Virus record (IMG/VR): IMGVR_UViG_3300035670_000086
Coordinates: 1 to 64,000 of that record
Direction: 5' to 3' (one strand)
DNA from: a virus
DNA: 64,000 nt
In this document: one piece after another, positions 14,483 through 24,762 of the stretch
Numbering within the stretch: the first letter of the stretch is position 1
How the letters are laid out: each line of letters opens with the position of its first letter
Notes under the pieces: model-generated
The model's database searches: none
What the model saw: the letters and a program-made list of their open reading frames with translations, nothing else
What the model was told of the DNA's origin: nothing
Position numbers and translations under genes: made by a program

Positions 14483-15166
14483 TTAAAAATTAATAAAACT
14501 GGGATTAAAGTATTTCTCATATCGTTCTGGATAAATTTGCTCGTGCTTTGTTTTATCATCTAAACTTCTATTTTTATTATGCCAAATATATTCACATACA
14601 GGAATAGGAACATATGTAATTTTTGGGTTAGTTTTCATAATTAAATTGGCTGTTTCCCAATCACAACCCCTTTTAGGGAAAATAAATTTATTTTTTTTCC
14701 AAACTTCTGATTTATAAATAAATTGACCCCCATCAACCCCCCACCCTTTTCTTGGATCCCAATTTGGGGTGGACACTAATTTAGTCACAATATTCGGTGT
14801 TGGATTTTTTTGAGTAAAAGGTAAATACCTTTCAATTCTGTCACCGTAACAAATCCAAGAATCTTGAATATGTTTAAGTAAATTATCAAATTTATCTTTA
14901 AAAACGACTACATCATCATCTATGTGTGATATGTAATCACCCGTAGCATAACTCAACCCTACAGCTCTTGGTATTGAAACTGAACGCGAATTATTCTCTA
15001 TTTTAATTATTTTAATACTTAATTTACTAGGAATATCGTAAGACTCGACAGGCCCATCTTCAATAATTATAACTTCTAAATTTTCATAAGTAGAATCTGC
15101 AAGTTCTTGCAATCTACTTGTAACCCATTGACCCCCTCGATTCGTTGGTAATATGCAAGAAATCAT
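14483..15166 (-). CDS. GT2-family glycosyltransferase
   Basis: ISCILPT.R, EVIIIEDG, ATGDYISHIDDD (DxD). Confidence 0.85.
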   Translation of the reverse strand: MISCILPTNRGGQWVTSRLQELADSTYENLEVIIIEDGPVESYDIPSKLSIKIIKIENNSRSVSIPRAVGLSYATGDYISHIDDDVVVFKDKFDNLLKHIQDSWICYGDRIERYLPFTQKNPTPNIVTKLVSTPNWDPRKGWGVDGGQFIYKSEVWKKNKFIFPKRGCDWETANLIMKTNPKITYVPIPVCEYIWHNKNRSLDDKTKHEQIYPERYEKYFNPSFINF

Positions 15167-15780
15167 ATTTCATCTACAAACCCAAAAGTAGGGTTATTTT
15201 CAATTATAAATTTTTTTATTTTTGGCATAACTTGTTTTATACCATTTCCACACACATTATGAGTATGCCCGTGTGCAACTAATGTATCCTCTACTGGAGC
15301 GTCATCCTTTAGATTCCAATTATAATATACAACTTTGTTTTTGAATAAATGATCTAAGTTTCTGTAATCTTCATGATTATACAGATGAGTATAATTGAGT
15401 TCATTTAAAGCATCTATTGATTCTTGATTTATGCCCCAATGCGGACCTCTAAAAACTTTAACAAAAGGAAGTTTGGCATGATCAAAAGCAGAATGTACTA
15501 AGGATAAACTAGCAAGTGCTTGATCCTTAGTCATATATTTAAATTCTTGATTGTTGTGATAAATACCATGAACAGCCAATCTAATATTGTCAGATAGAAT
15601 AAATTTTTTTACTTTTGAAACCCATTCCACATTATTTGAGATGGGTAAATTAGACAATAATGCCGTTGTAAATAAAGATATTTTGATATCAGGAAATTCA
15701 TCTACCAATTCTTGTATTTCAGAAATACAATTTTCTGGATATCTCCAGTGAAAATCATCAAATTCTAAAATTAGCTTCAT
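15163..15780 (-). CDS. polysaccharide deacetylase / DUF2334-like protein
   Basis: LEFDDF, HGIYH, FRGPHW, HGH NodB-like motifs. Confidence 0.75.
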   Translation of the reverse strand: MKLILEFDDFHWRYPENCISEIQELVDEFPDIKISLFTTALLSNLPISNNVEWVSKVKKFILSDNIRLAVHGIYHNNQEFKYMTKDQALASLSLVHSAFDHAKLPFVKVFRGPHWGINQESIDALNELNYTHLYNHEDYRNLDHLFKNKVVYYNWNLKDDAPVEDTLVAHGHTHNVCGNGIKQVMPKIKKFIIENNPTFGFVDEI

Positions 15781-15781
15781 A

Positions 15782-16300
15782 TTAAGTTTTTCTAATTAAA
15801 CAGGATGTGTTTTGCGTGCCTTCGTAAATATCAATTAATTCAAAATCTTGGAACAAAATTTTCATACCATCTTTACTTACTCTCCAATAATCACCAAAAC
15901 TAGGAGGCTCTGCGTGATATGGATAAAGCCAAGGGCAATCTATAATTGCATACCCATCATTTTTTAATATTCTCTTTAATTCTTTTGGCAAATCCCAGAG
16001 ATTAGGGATATGTTCAATTACTTGAACACAAATTATTACATCCCATGAATTATCCGCAAAAGAACTTTTTGTTATATCACCAACTATATCTGGATTCCAT
16101 TTAACATCTGCATCAAATGTTGAAATTGTAAAATTTGAAAATAAAGGAGAGTACTCGCCCCCCTTCGGATCTCCTGCAATTCCAACATATAATAAGTTAC
16201 CTGTATTTTTTTTTTGATTTATTATGTGTGAAAAAAGTGTTACTGCTGATTCACATTCACTACGAGTTGTACTTTTCATATAGCAAAAAACCTTCAACAA
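15782..16300 (-). CDS. class I SAM-dependent methyltransferase
   Basis: LYVGIAG, DVIICVQVIEH, ELKRILKNDG, PYH...DYWR. Confidence 0.85.
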   Translation of the reverse strand: MLKVFCYMKSTTRSECESAVTLFSHIINQKKNTGNLLYVGIAGDPKGGEYSPLFSNFTISTFDADVKWNPDIVGDITKSSFADNSWDVIICVQVIEHIPNLWDLPKELKRILKNDGYAIIDCPWLYPYHAEPPSFGDYWRVSKDGMKILFQDFELIDIYEGTQNTSCLIRKT

Positions 16301-16857
16301 TATATGATACCATGCAATTCAGCAGACAATCTAGTTTTTTCAATCACCTGATATTTAAGATTTTGTTTATCTAAAATATCTGTAAATTCTTTTGGATCAT
16401 CTATGGGCCAAACATGAGAAGGATTATTGATTCTAACAAATTCTTCAGTTTCTCTAATTGGTATTATAAACCAAATTTCTTTCTTAGTAGCTTTAACTAA
16501 GTAACTTATTACTCTTGGCAAATCATACATATGTTCAAGAGCATGAGAAGTAAAAACATAATCATATTTCTTTTCTCCTAATATATCGTCATGAAGATCA
16601 GCACAAAGCAGATTTAAACCTGTAGATTTACCTTTATTTACTTTCTCCTCAGTAATATCAATCCCATAAACATTTTTATGCCCAAGATTTAATAATGTTT
16701 GAACTCCCCTACCTTCCCCGCAACCGACATCTAGAATTGAATCTTCTAGATTTTTATTTGGATGAAACCAAAATGTTAAAGAGTGAACCATCTGATCACC
16801 CCATGCTGATCCATAAGACCAGTCAGATCCTTTAACTTGTAACTCTTTGTAGTCCAT
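16294..16857 (-). CDS. class I SAM-dependent methyltransferase
   Basis: ILDVGCGEG, GIDI, YDYVFTSHALEH. Confidence 0.88.
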   Translation of the reverse strand: MDYKELQVKGSDWSYGSAWGDQMVHSLTFWFHPNKNLEDSILDVGCGEGRGVQTLLNLGHKNVYGIDITEEKVNKGKSTGLNLLCADLHDDILGEKKYDYVFTSHALEHMYDLPRVISYLVKATKKEIWFIIPIRETEEFVRINNPSHVWPIDDPKEFTDILDKQNLKYQVIEKTRLSAELHGIIYC

Positions 16858-16877
16858 ATAACAATATCCTTTTAAAT

Positions 16878-17552
16878 TTACATTCTACCATAAAAATATT
16901 CTTTATATCGTTCTTTTTGTCCTAAAGTGGACTCTAAGTGCTCTACAATTATAGCGTTTTCTAGGTAAAACATTGGAATATTTTGTGTTTTACAATATTC
17001 GGAAAAATTAACATCTTCTCTACCACTGTTTAGTGGAGAATAATCAAAAGGCCAACAAAAAGATTTAGCTATTTTACTAGGCATGATTCTAGCAAATCCT
17101 CCTATGTGATGCACTTTTCTAAATGTATAATAAGTATCTGTATTTTTTCCGTAAATTAAAAAATGTTCTTTAGAATGAACGCCACCGGGATTGTTTATTA
17201 ATCCGACTGGGTAAGGTGAAAATATACAATTTCCTCCTGTAAGGTTGTATATTTCTTTTATATGCTTGAAATAATGTTCCCCATACGGTAAAGCGTCATC
17301 ATCTAATTTGCATATGATTTCACCAGAACATTCTTTAATTAATCTGTTATTAGCTTCACCTGCACCACAATTAGTATCCCATCTATGTAATTTTATCCAT
17401 GGTTTGTCTGGAATACCTAAATCGTTATCAGAACCCTGAATCCCGATGTGCCATTCTAAAATTTCATCATGGTGCGAATCTAAGAAATGAAACAATTTTT
17501 GTAAATAAAAATTTCTGTTCCCTAATGTTGTTGTATATACACTTATGCTCAT
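16878..17552 (-). CDS. GT-A fold glycosyltransferase (GT2-like)
   Basis: NCGAGEANN...GEIICKLDDD, REDVNF. Confidence 0.75.
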   Translation of the reverse strand: MSISVYTTTLGNRNFYLQKLFHFLDSHHDEILEWHIGIQGSDNDLGIPDKPWIKLHRWDTNCGAGEANNRLIKECSGEIICKLDDDALPYGEHYFKHIKEIYNLTGGNCIFSPYPVGLINNPGGVHSKEHFLIYGKNTDTYYTFRKVHHIGGFARIMPSKIAKSFCWPFDYSPLNSGREDVNFSEYCKTQNIPMFYLENAIIVEHLESTLGQKERYKEYFYGRM

Positions 17553-18253
17553 ATCAACTCCCAGTTTTTTATTGGAGATAACATTCCTAATTCACAGTGC
17601 GTTGAATAACCCGGAATGGGTGTGATTAGAGGTATGTTATTTTTCCATAAATCTAAACACCTTTCATGATCTCTACTGTAATTTAACCCCAGTGATGACC
17701 ATTTTATCATAATATCTTTAGCCTTTTGTAATGTTGATTTTTTTATACAAAATGTATCTGTTGTAGATGGAGTTGTTCTCCAATGAGAAAGTTTTCCTGA
17801 CAATATTTGTGCAGTCAGGTTATTGTATTGAGGTAATTCATACTTGTCTGGATGGTCATACAATGATATGTACCCATTAGGATTCATAAGCATACCTTCA
17901 AACAAAACATCAATCCAACCCTCTTTGTGAATGTAATCGTCTTCTAAGAAATAAACAATATCATCATCACCTGCGTTATCCAAAGCATATTCTATAGACA
18001 TAATAAAAGATTTAGCACCTGAGTTAGCTGCTATATTTATCACTTTATTTGCACTAGGTATTTTTGTAACAAAATGCTGGGAACTATCACCATCAAAAAG
18101 AACAATGTGTGAGATGTCTACATTTTGATATTTTTTTATAGAATCAGCTAAATTTAAATAGCATTTTTCTCTAGAAAACCAACTCGGTCTAGGTTTATTT
18201 TTTGATATTTCTGAATATGTGCAATGTCTGTTTATTATCCACAGTTTATTCAT
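17549..18253 (-). CDS. GT-A fold glycosyltransferase
   Basis: VYFLEDDYIH, YISLYDHPDKY, PIPGYSTH. Confidence 0.75.
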   Translation of the reverse strand: MNKLWIINRHCTYSEISKNKPRPSWFSREKCYLNLADSIKKYQNVDISHIVLFDGDSSQHFVTKIPSANKVINIAANSGAKSFIMSIEYALDNAGDDDIVYFLEDDYIHKEGWIDVLFEGMLMNPNGYISLYDHPDKYELPQYNNLTAQILSGKLSHWRTTPSTTDTFCIKKSTLQKAKDIMIKWSSLGLNYSRDHERCLDLWKNNIPLITPIPGYSTHCELGMLSPIKNWELI

Positions 18254-18816
18254 TTAAATATACCCATTTGTTTGTTTATCATAATAGTCCTTTTTCCATG
18301 AAATCCGAATTGGTTTTTATACGGTAGATCTTCTACAGAAAAGTCATAGGCAACTGATATCGGTGCAAATTTAATTCCTAAATTTTCTAAGTAATCCCCA
18401 CTCATTCTGCATAAGAATTCATCTTCTGGAATTTGTAAATCTGGGTATTTCAAATTACTACAGCACTCTAAAAATTTTTTACTTCTTAGTGAGAATCCCC
18501 CATTACCAACAGTTTTATTTTTATTCCAAGGTTGTGTAAGCCAAGGTGCTCCTATATAATCATACTCAAGAAAACTGTCAGACCATGCATTTTTATTAAT
18601 GATGTAACCGTCATGTTGAATGATTAAAACATGACCATCATCAATTTCAGAATTTAAATCATGTACAATAAATTTGTTATATTCAGATAAAGTTTTGGGA
18701 TGATCAAAAAAAATAGAATTTTTAAATTTATACAAAGAATTCATTTCATTGAATATTTTTTTTGATGCTTCTTTTGTTTGACCACCATCAATACATACTA
18801 AAGTAAAATTAAACAT
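18250..18816 (-). CDS. DUF5672-family (GT-A-like) protein
   Basis: LIIQHDG, YDYIGAPW, VGNGGFSLRSK, PED, FSVE, FGFH. Confidence 0.85.
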   Translation of the reverse strand: MFNFTLVCIDGGQTKEASKKIFNEMNSLYKFKNSIFFDHPKTLSEYNKFIVHDLNSEIDDGHVLIIQHDGYIINKNAWSDSFLEYDYIGAPWLTQPWNKNKTVGNGGFSLRSKKFLECCSNLKYPDLQIPEDEFLCRMSGDYLENLGIKFAPISVAYDFSVEDLPYKNQFGFHGKRTIMINKQMGIFK

Positions 18817-18837
18817 ATTATTTCATTAAATAAAAAA

Positions 18838-19542
18838 TCATACATTTTTAGCATTTACCCTATCAAAAACGACAGTAGGGTAAACTCTATACTGTTCTAT
18901 GATTAGATTTTTTTTCATTCCCTCTGCTAGTGCATGACATAAATTTGCGTTACTTATAAACAAATCACTACCAGAAATACATTCTGCTAACTCTAGAATA
19001 GTAGGAGTTTTATAATATTCAACCTTGTGTCCAAAAGTATACTCAAATATTTCATGTTCTTTCTCTAATCCAACAAAGAGAGACTGATTTTTTATCATTG
19101 GTAAATTATGTTCCCAAAAACCATAATTACCGTGATACCTTACTGACCTTGATATCAAGATAGATTTATGTAATTTTTTTGGATTTTTTATACTTAACCA
19201 TGCAGAATCTCTTTCTGACAAAGGTAAATTAAACGCAGCTAGATGAGAATCTGAAAGATTATTATATTTTATATGCTTTCTAAAATTATCCAAATCATAA
19301 TCGACATCCCTTCCATCCCAAATTTTTACATCTTTAATATATTCCTGTTGTTCTAAAACAGGAATTAAAGAATCTATAGTAGATTTATTTAATTTAGTAC
19401 ATATTTTATCTGCCCACTTAACTAATTTACTAGACTTACCGCCATCTGGATCTAAAAATAAAACTCCGCCACCCAATGCTCTTATCGTGGGTAATGAAAA
19501 TATTATATCCCCTAAGTCTCCAGAATGCTTAAATGTTTTCAT
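18838..19542 (-). CDS. GT9 (heptosyltransferase-like) glycosyltransferase
   Basis: HSGDLGDIIFSLP..., LELAECISGSDLFISN..LCHALAEG. Confidence 0.7.
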   Translation of the reverse strand: MKTFKHSGDLGDIIFSLPTIRALGGGVLFLDPDGGKSSKLVKWADKICTKLNKSTIDSLIPVLEQQEYIKDVKIWDGRDVDYDLDNFRKHIKYNNLSDSHLAAFNLPLSERDSAWLSIKNPKKLHKSILISRSVRYHGNYGFWEHNLPMIKNQSLFVGLEKEHEIFEYTFGHKVEYYKTPTILELAECISGSDLFISNANLCHALAEGMKKNLIIEQYRVYPTVVFDRVNAKNV

Positions 19543-20786
19543 TTTGTGTTTTTCCAATCATAGAATTTCTTGTACATGGTTAGTCTATGGTGTACGACCT
19601 TGTTAAGATCAAAGTACTGTTCCGTGACTTGATTTAGGTTTTTCCCCATTTCAATCCGTAGATCACGATCTTTGATCACTTTAGCTAAGGTAGACACCCA
19701 CTCACTCTTTGGAGCATCGTGAGGAATCAAGAATCCCGTTTTGCCATTTATTATAGTTTCATCATAGCATCCAACATTAGATGCAATCAGAGGAACACAA
19801 TACCTACCTGCCTCCGCAACCTTAATCTCAGACTTGGAGTCATTAAACTCATTCATCTGCAACGGTGCTATAGCCATTTCCATGTGACTATACATTACCC
19901 CATACTGGTCTGTAGGCATCGCAGGATTGATGGTGTAATTGCGACTACCCTTTAGACCCATCATGATTATACGCTCATAGTTCTTCCATACATCTTGTTG
20001 CCAATCAGGGCCTGTGTTTGGGTCTACTGGAGGCTTACCATAGAAGTCCCAACGAACTTTTTCTTTTCCTGCTCTCTGGTTAACGAGATTAGGAACTCCT
20101 GCAAACTCTTTGACATCCTCCTCATGGTGAATGCCTCCTGCCCACCCAACTCTAACAAATCTGTCTTTTGGCACTACAGATCTTGGAGAATTCCAACAGG
20201 GTAAAGTGTAATCAATAGCATTCTTGACTACAGCCAAGATACCACTACCCATATACTCTTTAATTCTATCTTGGAACTTACGCTGAGTGACTGTAACAAT
20301 ATCACTATTGTTGTATATAAACTTAGTAAGATCGGACAACCCGTTTTCATAAACGGATTCTAGTCTGTGCCCCTTATACAACTGAGTAAGCAAGTCATCC
20401 GTATCGTAATGGAATACCTTTCCCCGTTCTTTTGCCTTGCCACATATGCGAGCGGTATACTGCCCACCATAGTTGGATATATTGTTGGTCATCACGATAT
20501 CAGACCAATCCATATCATCCCACTGCCAATCAGTAATCCAAGAGAACACTCCCTTCTTGGCAGCTTCTTCATTCAATCCCAATATGTTTTCAGTAAATCT
20601 AACTTCAACTACATTTGGGTATAGCTGTGCTAATTTGGCATATGGAACTATCGCACGATAATAAGCACAACCACCTTTGTTTGGTAGTGCAACAGCGATT
20701 CGTAGTGGTCTGTTTAATCCCGGAAATCCTTGTTGTGATTTCCAAAAATCAATTGAATAGGTATCGTTAAGTATTTCTTTGTGCAT
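19539..20786 (-). CDS. GT4-family (GT-B) glycosyltransferase
   Basis: GGCAYYR, YDTDD, VGWAGG..H..D, IAPL..NEFNDSKSEIK..EAG, PLIASNVGCY, NGKTGFL. Confidence 0.88.
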   Translation of the reverse strand: MHKEILNDTYSIDFWKSQQGFPGLNRPLRIAVALPNKGGCAYYRAIVPYAKLAQLYPNVVEVRFTENILGLNEEAAKKGVFSWITDWQWDDMDWSDIVMTNNISNYGGQYTARICGKAKERGKVFHYDTDDLLTQLYKGHRLESVYENGLSDLTKFIYNNSDIVTVTQRKFQDRIKEYMGSGILAVVKNAIDYTLPCWNSPRSVVPKDRFVRVGWAGGIHHEEDVKEFAGVPNLVNQRAGKEKVRWDFYGKPPVDPNTGPDWQQDVWKNYERIIMMGLKGSRNYTINPAMPTDQYGVMYSHMEMAIAPLQMNEFNDSKSEIKVAEAGRYCVPLIASNVGCYDETIINGKTGFLIPHDAPKSEWVSTLAKVIKDRDLRIEMGKNLNQVTEQYFDLNKVVHHRLTMYKKFYDWKNTK

Positions 20787-20818
20787 AAAAAAAGATGAGA
20801 GGTTATTAGCCTCTCATC
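20787..20818 (-). terminator. rho-independent terminator abutting the GT4 start codon
   Basis: GATGAGAGG-CTAATAA-CCTCTCATC, T7, then ATG. Confidence 0.8.
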
Positions 20819-20841
20819 CATAATAGTCTTTCTAACTTAAA

Positions 20842-21471
20842 TTAGCCGTTGATTTGCTGTGATTTTTGTTGAGTAATCACATCACCAGATTCTTTGGGAG
20901 CTAGTGTGACAGCCTTGCTCAAGTCAATGAGAGCTTCACGCAAGTCATCCAAGTTGGGAATCTTACCATCATGATTAGGCCCTTCAACACCGGGAATTAC
21001 ACGCTTGGCTGCTGTAACGGTGTGCTTGCGGAATCTACTAGACAGGAAGGGTAGAACCACAACAAGTAGCTGCATCCATGGTGCTGATCCCGGAATCGTA
21101 GACCCAAACACATTTGCAATCAAACTAACCACACTCGGGGATAGAATTTCTTGCGTTGCGTTTGCATCCAAGGTTACAACCATTGCGCCCGGGGTATCCT
21201 TGAGATGATCTTTTGTAGTGATTACAGGTTGAGTACCACGCTTCTCAAATTCGAGCTTAAGGGCATCACCTACATCACCACCAAGAGTCTCAATTGGAAT
21301 CACTACAGATTGTTTACTCTCTAGTGATTCGGGCGTAACATTACTTGTCTCTGTGATAACTAGAGGTGCTACAGGATCCTCGGTGTTACCCCCTCCGAAT
21401 GTAAATCCGGGACAAGAAGCTAGACCTAACGAAAGTACCACACCTAGTATAAAGTTTTTAATCATAATCAT
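20842..21471 (-). CDS. putative lipoprotein / membrane protein
   Basis: Signal peptide with lipobox LASC plus a later hydrophobic segment. Confidence 0.65.
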   Translation of the reverse strand: MIMIKNFILGVVLSLGLASCPGFTFGGGNTEDPVAPLVITETSNVTPESLESKQSVVIPIETLGGDVGDALKLEFEKRGTQPVITTKDHLKDTPGAMVVTLDANATQEILSPSVVSLIANVFGSTIPGSAPWMQLLVVVLPFLSSRFRKHTVTAAKRVIPGVEGPNHDGKIPNLDDLREALIDLSKAVTLAPKESGDVITQQKSQQING

Positions 21472-22244
21472 CCTTTTAGTTTTGATAAATAATCACCGTC
21501 ATCGTTACCTTCTGCTGGAGAAGACACAACTCTGGGTGAGAGTGAAGCAATACCAATCTCAGCAAGCAGGATGTCTGCACTCTTACGCATCTCTTCAAAG
21601 TCTTCCAACTTGACTAGTGCGTGAATATCATGGAGTGATTCCATGAAGGCAGCGATTTCCTGACCTGTTCCTGCTGGAGATGACTTGGGACGAGGGCTAG
21701 ATTGGTCGTACTTCGGGAACCCGCCATCCATTTCCTTTACGATCTTGAAATCGTATCCAGTCTTCAAGTCGGTGATATCACCGTAGTCAGGATCCATCAT
21801 CGTATTCAAGATCTTCTTAAAGACGATCTGACCGATTGAAAGAATCTTGACTTCGTTAGCAGGACGGACAGCTACATTCAAGTAGTAGCGTTCACGAGGC
21901 TTGATCAAGCGAGCAAGAGTCGCATACTGATCCTTACCATCCTTGCCAGTCTTCTTGCTGTAATCCCACAACTTATAGTAGGCATCACAAAGAGGACACT
22001 TTTCATTGTGTACCTTACGGCAATGGAAGTTCTTTACATTCTCACCCTCTCCGATGCGGTGAATCTTAGTCTCCGCATAGAACAAAGGATCGTTCTCACC
22101 CTTAGGGGGAAGAATGCGAAGAGTTGTTGTACCTTCCTCTAGCTGAACAAAGTTCTTGAGGAAGTCCTGACCGCCACCGCCCGTCTTACCTGACTGAAGG
22201 GCTTCATGCTTCTTACGAAGCGCATCTAGATCTACTTTTCCCAT
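21468..22244 (-). CDS. gp32: T4 gp32-like single-stranded DNA-binding protein
   Basis: LRILPP, H...C...CPLC Zn site, RYYLNV, DITD..TGYDFKI, YDQS, acidic tail. Confidence 0.88.
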   Translation of the reverse strand: MGKVDLDALRKKHEALQSGKTGGGGQDFLKNFVQLEEGTTTLRILPPKGENDPLFYAETKIHRIGEGENVKNFHCRKVHNEKCPLCDAYYKLWDYSKKTGKDGKDQYATLARLIKPRERYYLNVAVRPANEVKILSIGQIVFKKILNTMMDPDYGDITDLKTGYDFKIVKEMDGGFPKYDQSSPRPKSSPAGTGQEIAAFMESLHDIHALVKLEDFEEMRKSADILLAEIGIASLSPRVVSSPAEGNDDGDYLSKLKG

Positions 22245-22258
22245 GTTAGTTTTCTCCG

Positions 22259-22699
22259 TTACTTAGCGTATAGCTTGGTTTCTGCTCTTTGGTTACTAGA
22301 CAGTTGAATTAGCATATCCTTCTTGTGGTCGAGAGCAGTCACTAGCGACTTCAAGAGGGAGTAGCGTGTTGTAAGGTTGTTATAGTCCTGTTTGAGTACA
22401 AAAATCTCAGGGTCTGCTGAAACGATTGCCTCTAGGTTTTTATCCGTGATCTTTTTATCTGCACCATCTACAGCAGCAAGGCGTACTTGTGCAGACTTTT
22501 GCTCTATTTGAATTTCTACAGCATCCATCTTCTGTTTTACAAGTACCATAGCTCCAGCATAGTACGCATAAATAGAAGATTGACGCTCCAGTTCATGATC
22601 AACTTGATGTTTGTCTATCAAAGTTAGATTATCGCATAAGCTGATGTAGAGTTCCATATCGAGCTTGTCTGCGATGTTCTGTATAATTTCAGACTTCAT
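22259..22699 (-). CDS. uvsY: UvsY-like recombination mediator
   Basis: Helical 146 aa with KITDKNLEAIVSADPE pattern, next to gp32; UvsX present in window. Confidence 0.65.
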   Translation of the reverse strand: MKSEIIQNIADKLDMELYISLCDNLTLIDKHQVDHELERQSSIYAYYAGAMVLVKQKMDAVEIQIEQKSAQVRLAAVDGADKKITDKNLEAIVSADPEIFVLKQDYNNLTTRYSLLKSLVTALDHKKDMLIQLSSNQRAETKLYAK

Positions 22700-23070
22700 T
22701 GCGTGTCCACTAGTAGTTTAAACAGTTTGGGGTTGAGTCTCATCAATAATAGGAGACTCCTGCTTAAATTAGTTGTTAGCTGTTCGTTGGTTGGATTAAA
22801 TTCTTTATCCTCATCAGGATCTGTGTATCCAGATATCTCCATCATCAAATGCGTCATCTCGTGGAGCAATACTTCTCTAAAGTATTCACTAGGCAATCTA
22901 TCATCGACATAGATTATGTATGAATTTAAGTTTGTAAACCCAGCACATTCGTCAGGAGAACATGGGATGTCATTAGTAAATTTTAATTGAAACTTAGCCC
23001 ACCCAGCATCCACATGGGTGATTTTAGCGTCAATTATTTGGTTCATAAGATGATCAGGCTTCCGCTTCAT
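22696..23070 (-). CDS. HExxH metallopeptidase-like protein
   Basis: IIYVD...EVLLHEMTH...NEQL. Confidence 0.65.
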   Translation of the reverse strand: MKRKPDHLMNQIIDAKITHVDAGWAKFQLKFTNDIPCSPDECAGFTNLNSYIIYVDDRLPSEYFREVLLHEMTHLMMEISGYTDPDEDKEFNPTNEQLTTNLSRSLLLLMRLNPKLFKLLVDTQ

Positions 23071-24355
23071 TTTGTTCCATGACTCCTTCCGTCATTCTAA
23101 GAGTATTATAGTCCACATCTAAAGGTACGATAAAGCCCTTACGAGCGTTACGAGACTTAATGACATAAACCCTTATTCTGCCGTCTTCGTACTCTTCCTC
23201 ATTCTGGTTTAAACTAACCACGAAATCACAAGGACGAACCTTACCGTAGCTATCTGCCATTTCGGCATCTGTAATAATCTCTGCTCTACGACCAGCACGG
23301 TTTGTTTGTGTGGCCGTCCAGACTAAGATATTATGCTCTACAGCAAGTCCACGAAGCTCTTGCGCGATCCTTTCCTGTGCTTGGTATTCAGGCATACCCT
23401 CAGCAATAGGGCGTAGTAGCTCAAGATAATCAACAATGAGAACATCAGGGGTAAAGTTTTCATAGTTCTTTAGCTGATTAAGAAGTGCTCTAATGTTATT
23501 AACATTAGCACGACCTGTTGGGAATTCCTTGATTACCAACTTACCATCAGGGAATTCCTTGCAGAAGATATCCAAGCGTTCCTTAACTTCGCCTGTATAG
23601 TCCTTTAGACGGGACTGAGGCAACAAAGTCATTACAGAGTCGAACCGCTGTGCAAGACGATCCTCACTCATTTCTAGAGATACATACAAGACCTTGCGGT
23701 TCTCCATCAAAGAGGTAACTCCTTGATTCACAAGGTATAAGGACTTACCTACACCAGCAGGAGCCACAACCATACATAGCTCCTTTCGCATAGATCCACC
23801 TTCCATGTTACGATTCAGAGAGCGCAAAATAGTCTTGAAGGAGTCTCTCTTTGCAACATTATATGTGCGATCCCAACGGTCCTGTAAATCATCAAAATAA
23901 ACCTGACCGTTATCAACAGATCGAGAAATCATCAATGCCTGACGAACACGATCTTCTACCTCACCAAACTTATCTTCCTTAATCAGGGTTAACGAATCTA
24001 CAATCGCACCCTTCATTGCTTCCCGTTTGGCGAAGTTTTCAATGATATCAAGATAATATTGCTGGTGACCAATCGACTGGACATCCAATTTGTTGATAAA
24101 CTCTAGTTCATCAGCGTAATCAGATAGATCCTGCCCCTGCCGCTTAAACTTCTTGGCCTCTTCAATGATCAAATCATCAGTTGGAATTTCCTTATATTTC
24201 TCGTAATATTCAGTTACGATAGTATAAATCTGAGAATGGATCTTGGCTTCGAAGTACTCAGGCTTTACGAGGTTCACAATCTCTAGGTAGAAGTCTCGGT
24301 TAGACTTCACTAGATACAAAATGCCTCGTTGGATTGATTCTGCGAAATTATACAT
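23054..24355 (-). CDS. gp41: DnaB/gp41-like replicative helicase
   Basis: APAGVGKS, YVSLEMSE, LIVDYLELL, ELRGLAVE, WTATQTNR, ADSYG, IKSRN. Confidence 0.93.
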   Translation of the reverse strand: MYNFAESIQRGILYLVKSNRDFYLEIVNLVKPEYFEAKIHSQIYTIVTEYYEKYKEIPTDDLIIEEAKKFKRQGQDLSDYADELEFINKLDVQSIGHQQYYLDIIENFAKREAMKGAIVDSLTLIKEDKFGEVEDRVRQALMISRSVDNGQVYFDDLQDRWDRTYNVAKRDSFKTILRSLNRNMEGGSMRKELCMVVAPAGVGKSLYLVNQGVTSLMENRKVLYVSLEMSEDRLAQRFDSVMTLLPQSRLKDYTGEVKERLDIFCKEFPDGKLVIKEFPTGRANVNNIRALLNQLKNYENFTPDVLIVDYLELLRPIAEGMPEYQAQERIAQELRGLAVEHNILVWTATQTNRAGRRAEIITDAEMADSYGKVRPCDFVVSLNQNEEEYEDGRIRVYVIKSRNARKGFIVPLDVDYNTLRMTEGVMEQNEAEA

Positions 24356-24761
24356 TTTTCTTGTTCTTAACCAGTTTGTCTTTGATGTTATTGATGTTCT
24401 CCCCCACCTTATGGGTAAGGGATTGTTTTCTGCTAATCTCAGATTCGGACATTACACGCATCATGCCACTTTTTACAGCGTTTTGCGTAGGGACATATCT
24501 CCTGTACGGGCTAGGTGTGTTATCAACATTGAGTCGTTCCTTGCTATCCCGTATGGCCTCATTATAGAAGGCATTGACCTCAGTTTTTCCTAACCTGTAA
24601 GGCATTCCCTTCATGTGAAAAACTCCAGCCGAAATCATCTTCTCTGCAAGTTTTCCACATTCAGGACACTTTTTCTTTTTAGGAATATTCTTTGGTACAG
24701 ATTGATATATGTGCTCGAAAATTAGTTCACACTTGTGACAGCTAAACTCATATGTCGGCAT
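24348..24761 (-). CDS. FmdB-family zinc-ribbon protein
   Basis: MPTYEFSCHKC...CPECG. Confidence 0.8.
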   Translation of the reverse strand: MPTYEFSCHKCELIFEHIYQSVPKNIPKKKKCPECGKLAEKMISAGVFHMKGMPYRLGKTEVNAFYNEAIRDSKERLNVDNTPSPYRRYVPTQNAVKSGMMRVMSESEISRKQSLTHKVGENINNIKDKLVKNKKNV

Positions 24762-24762
24762 A

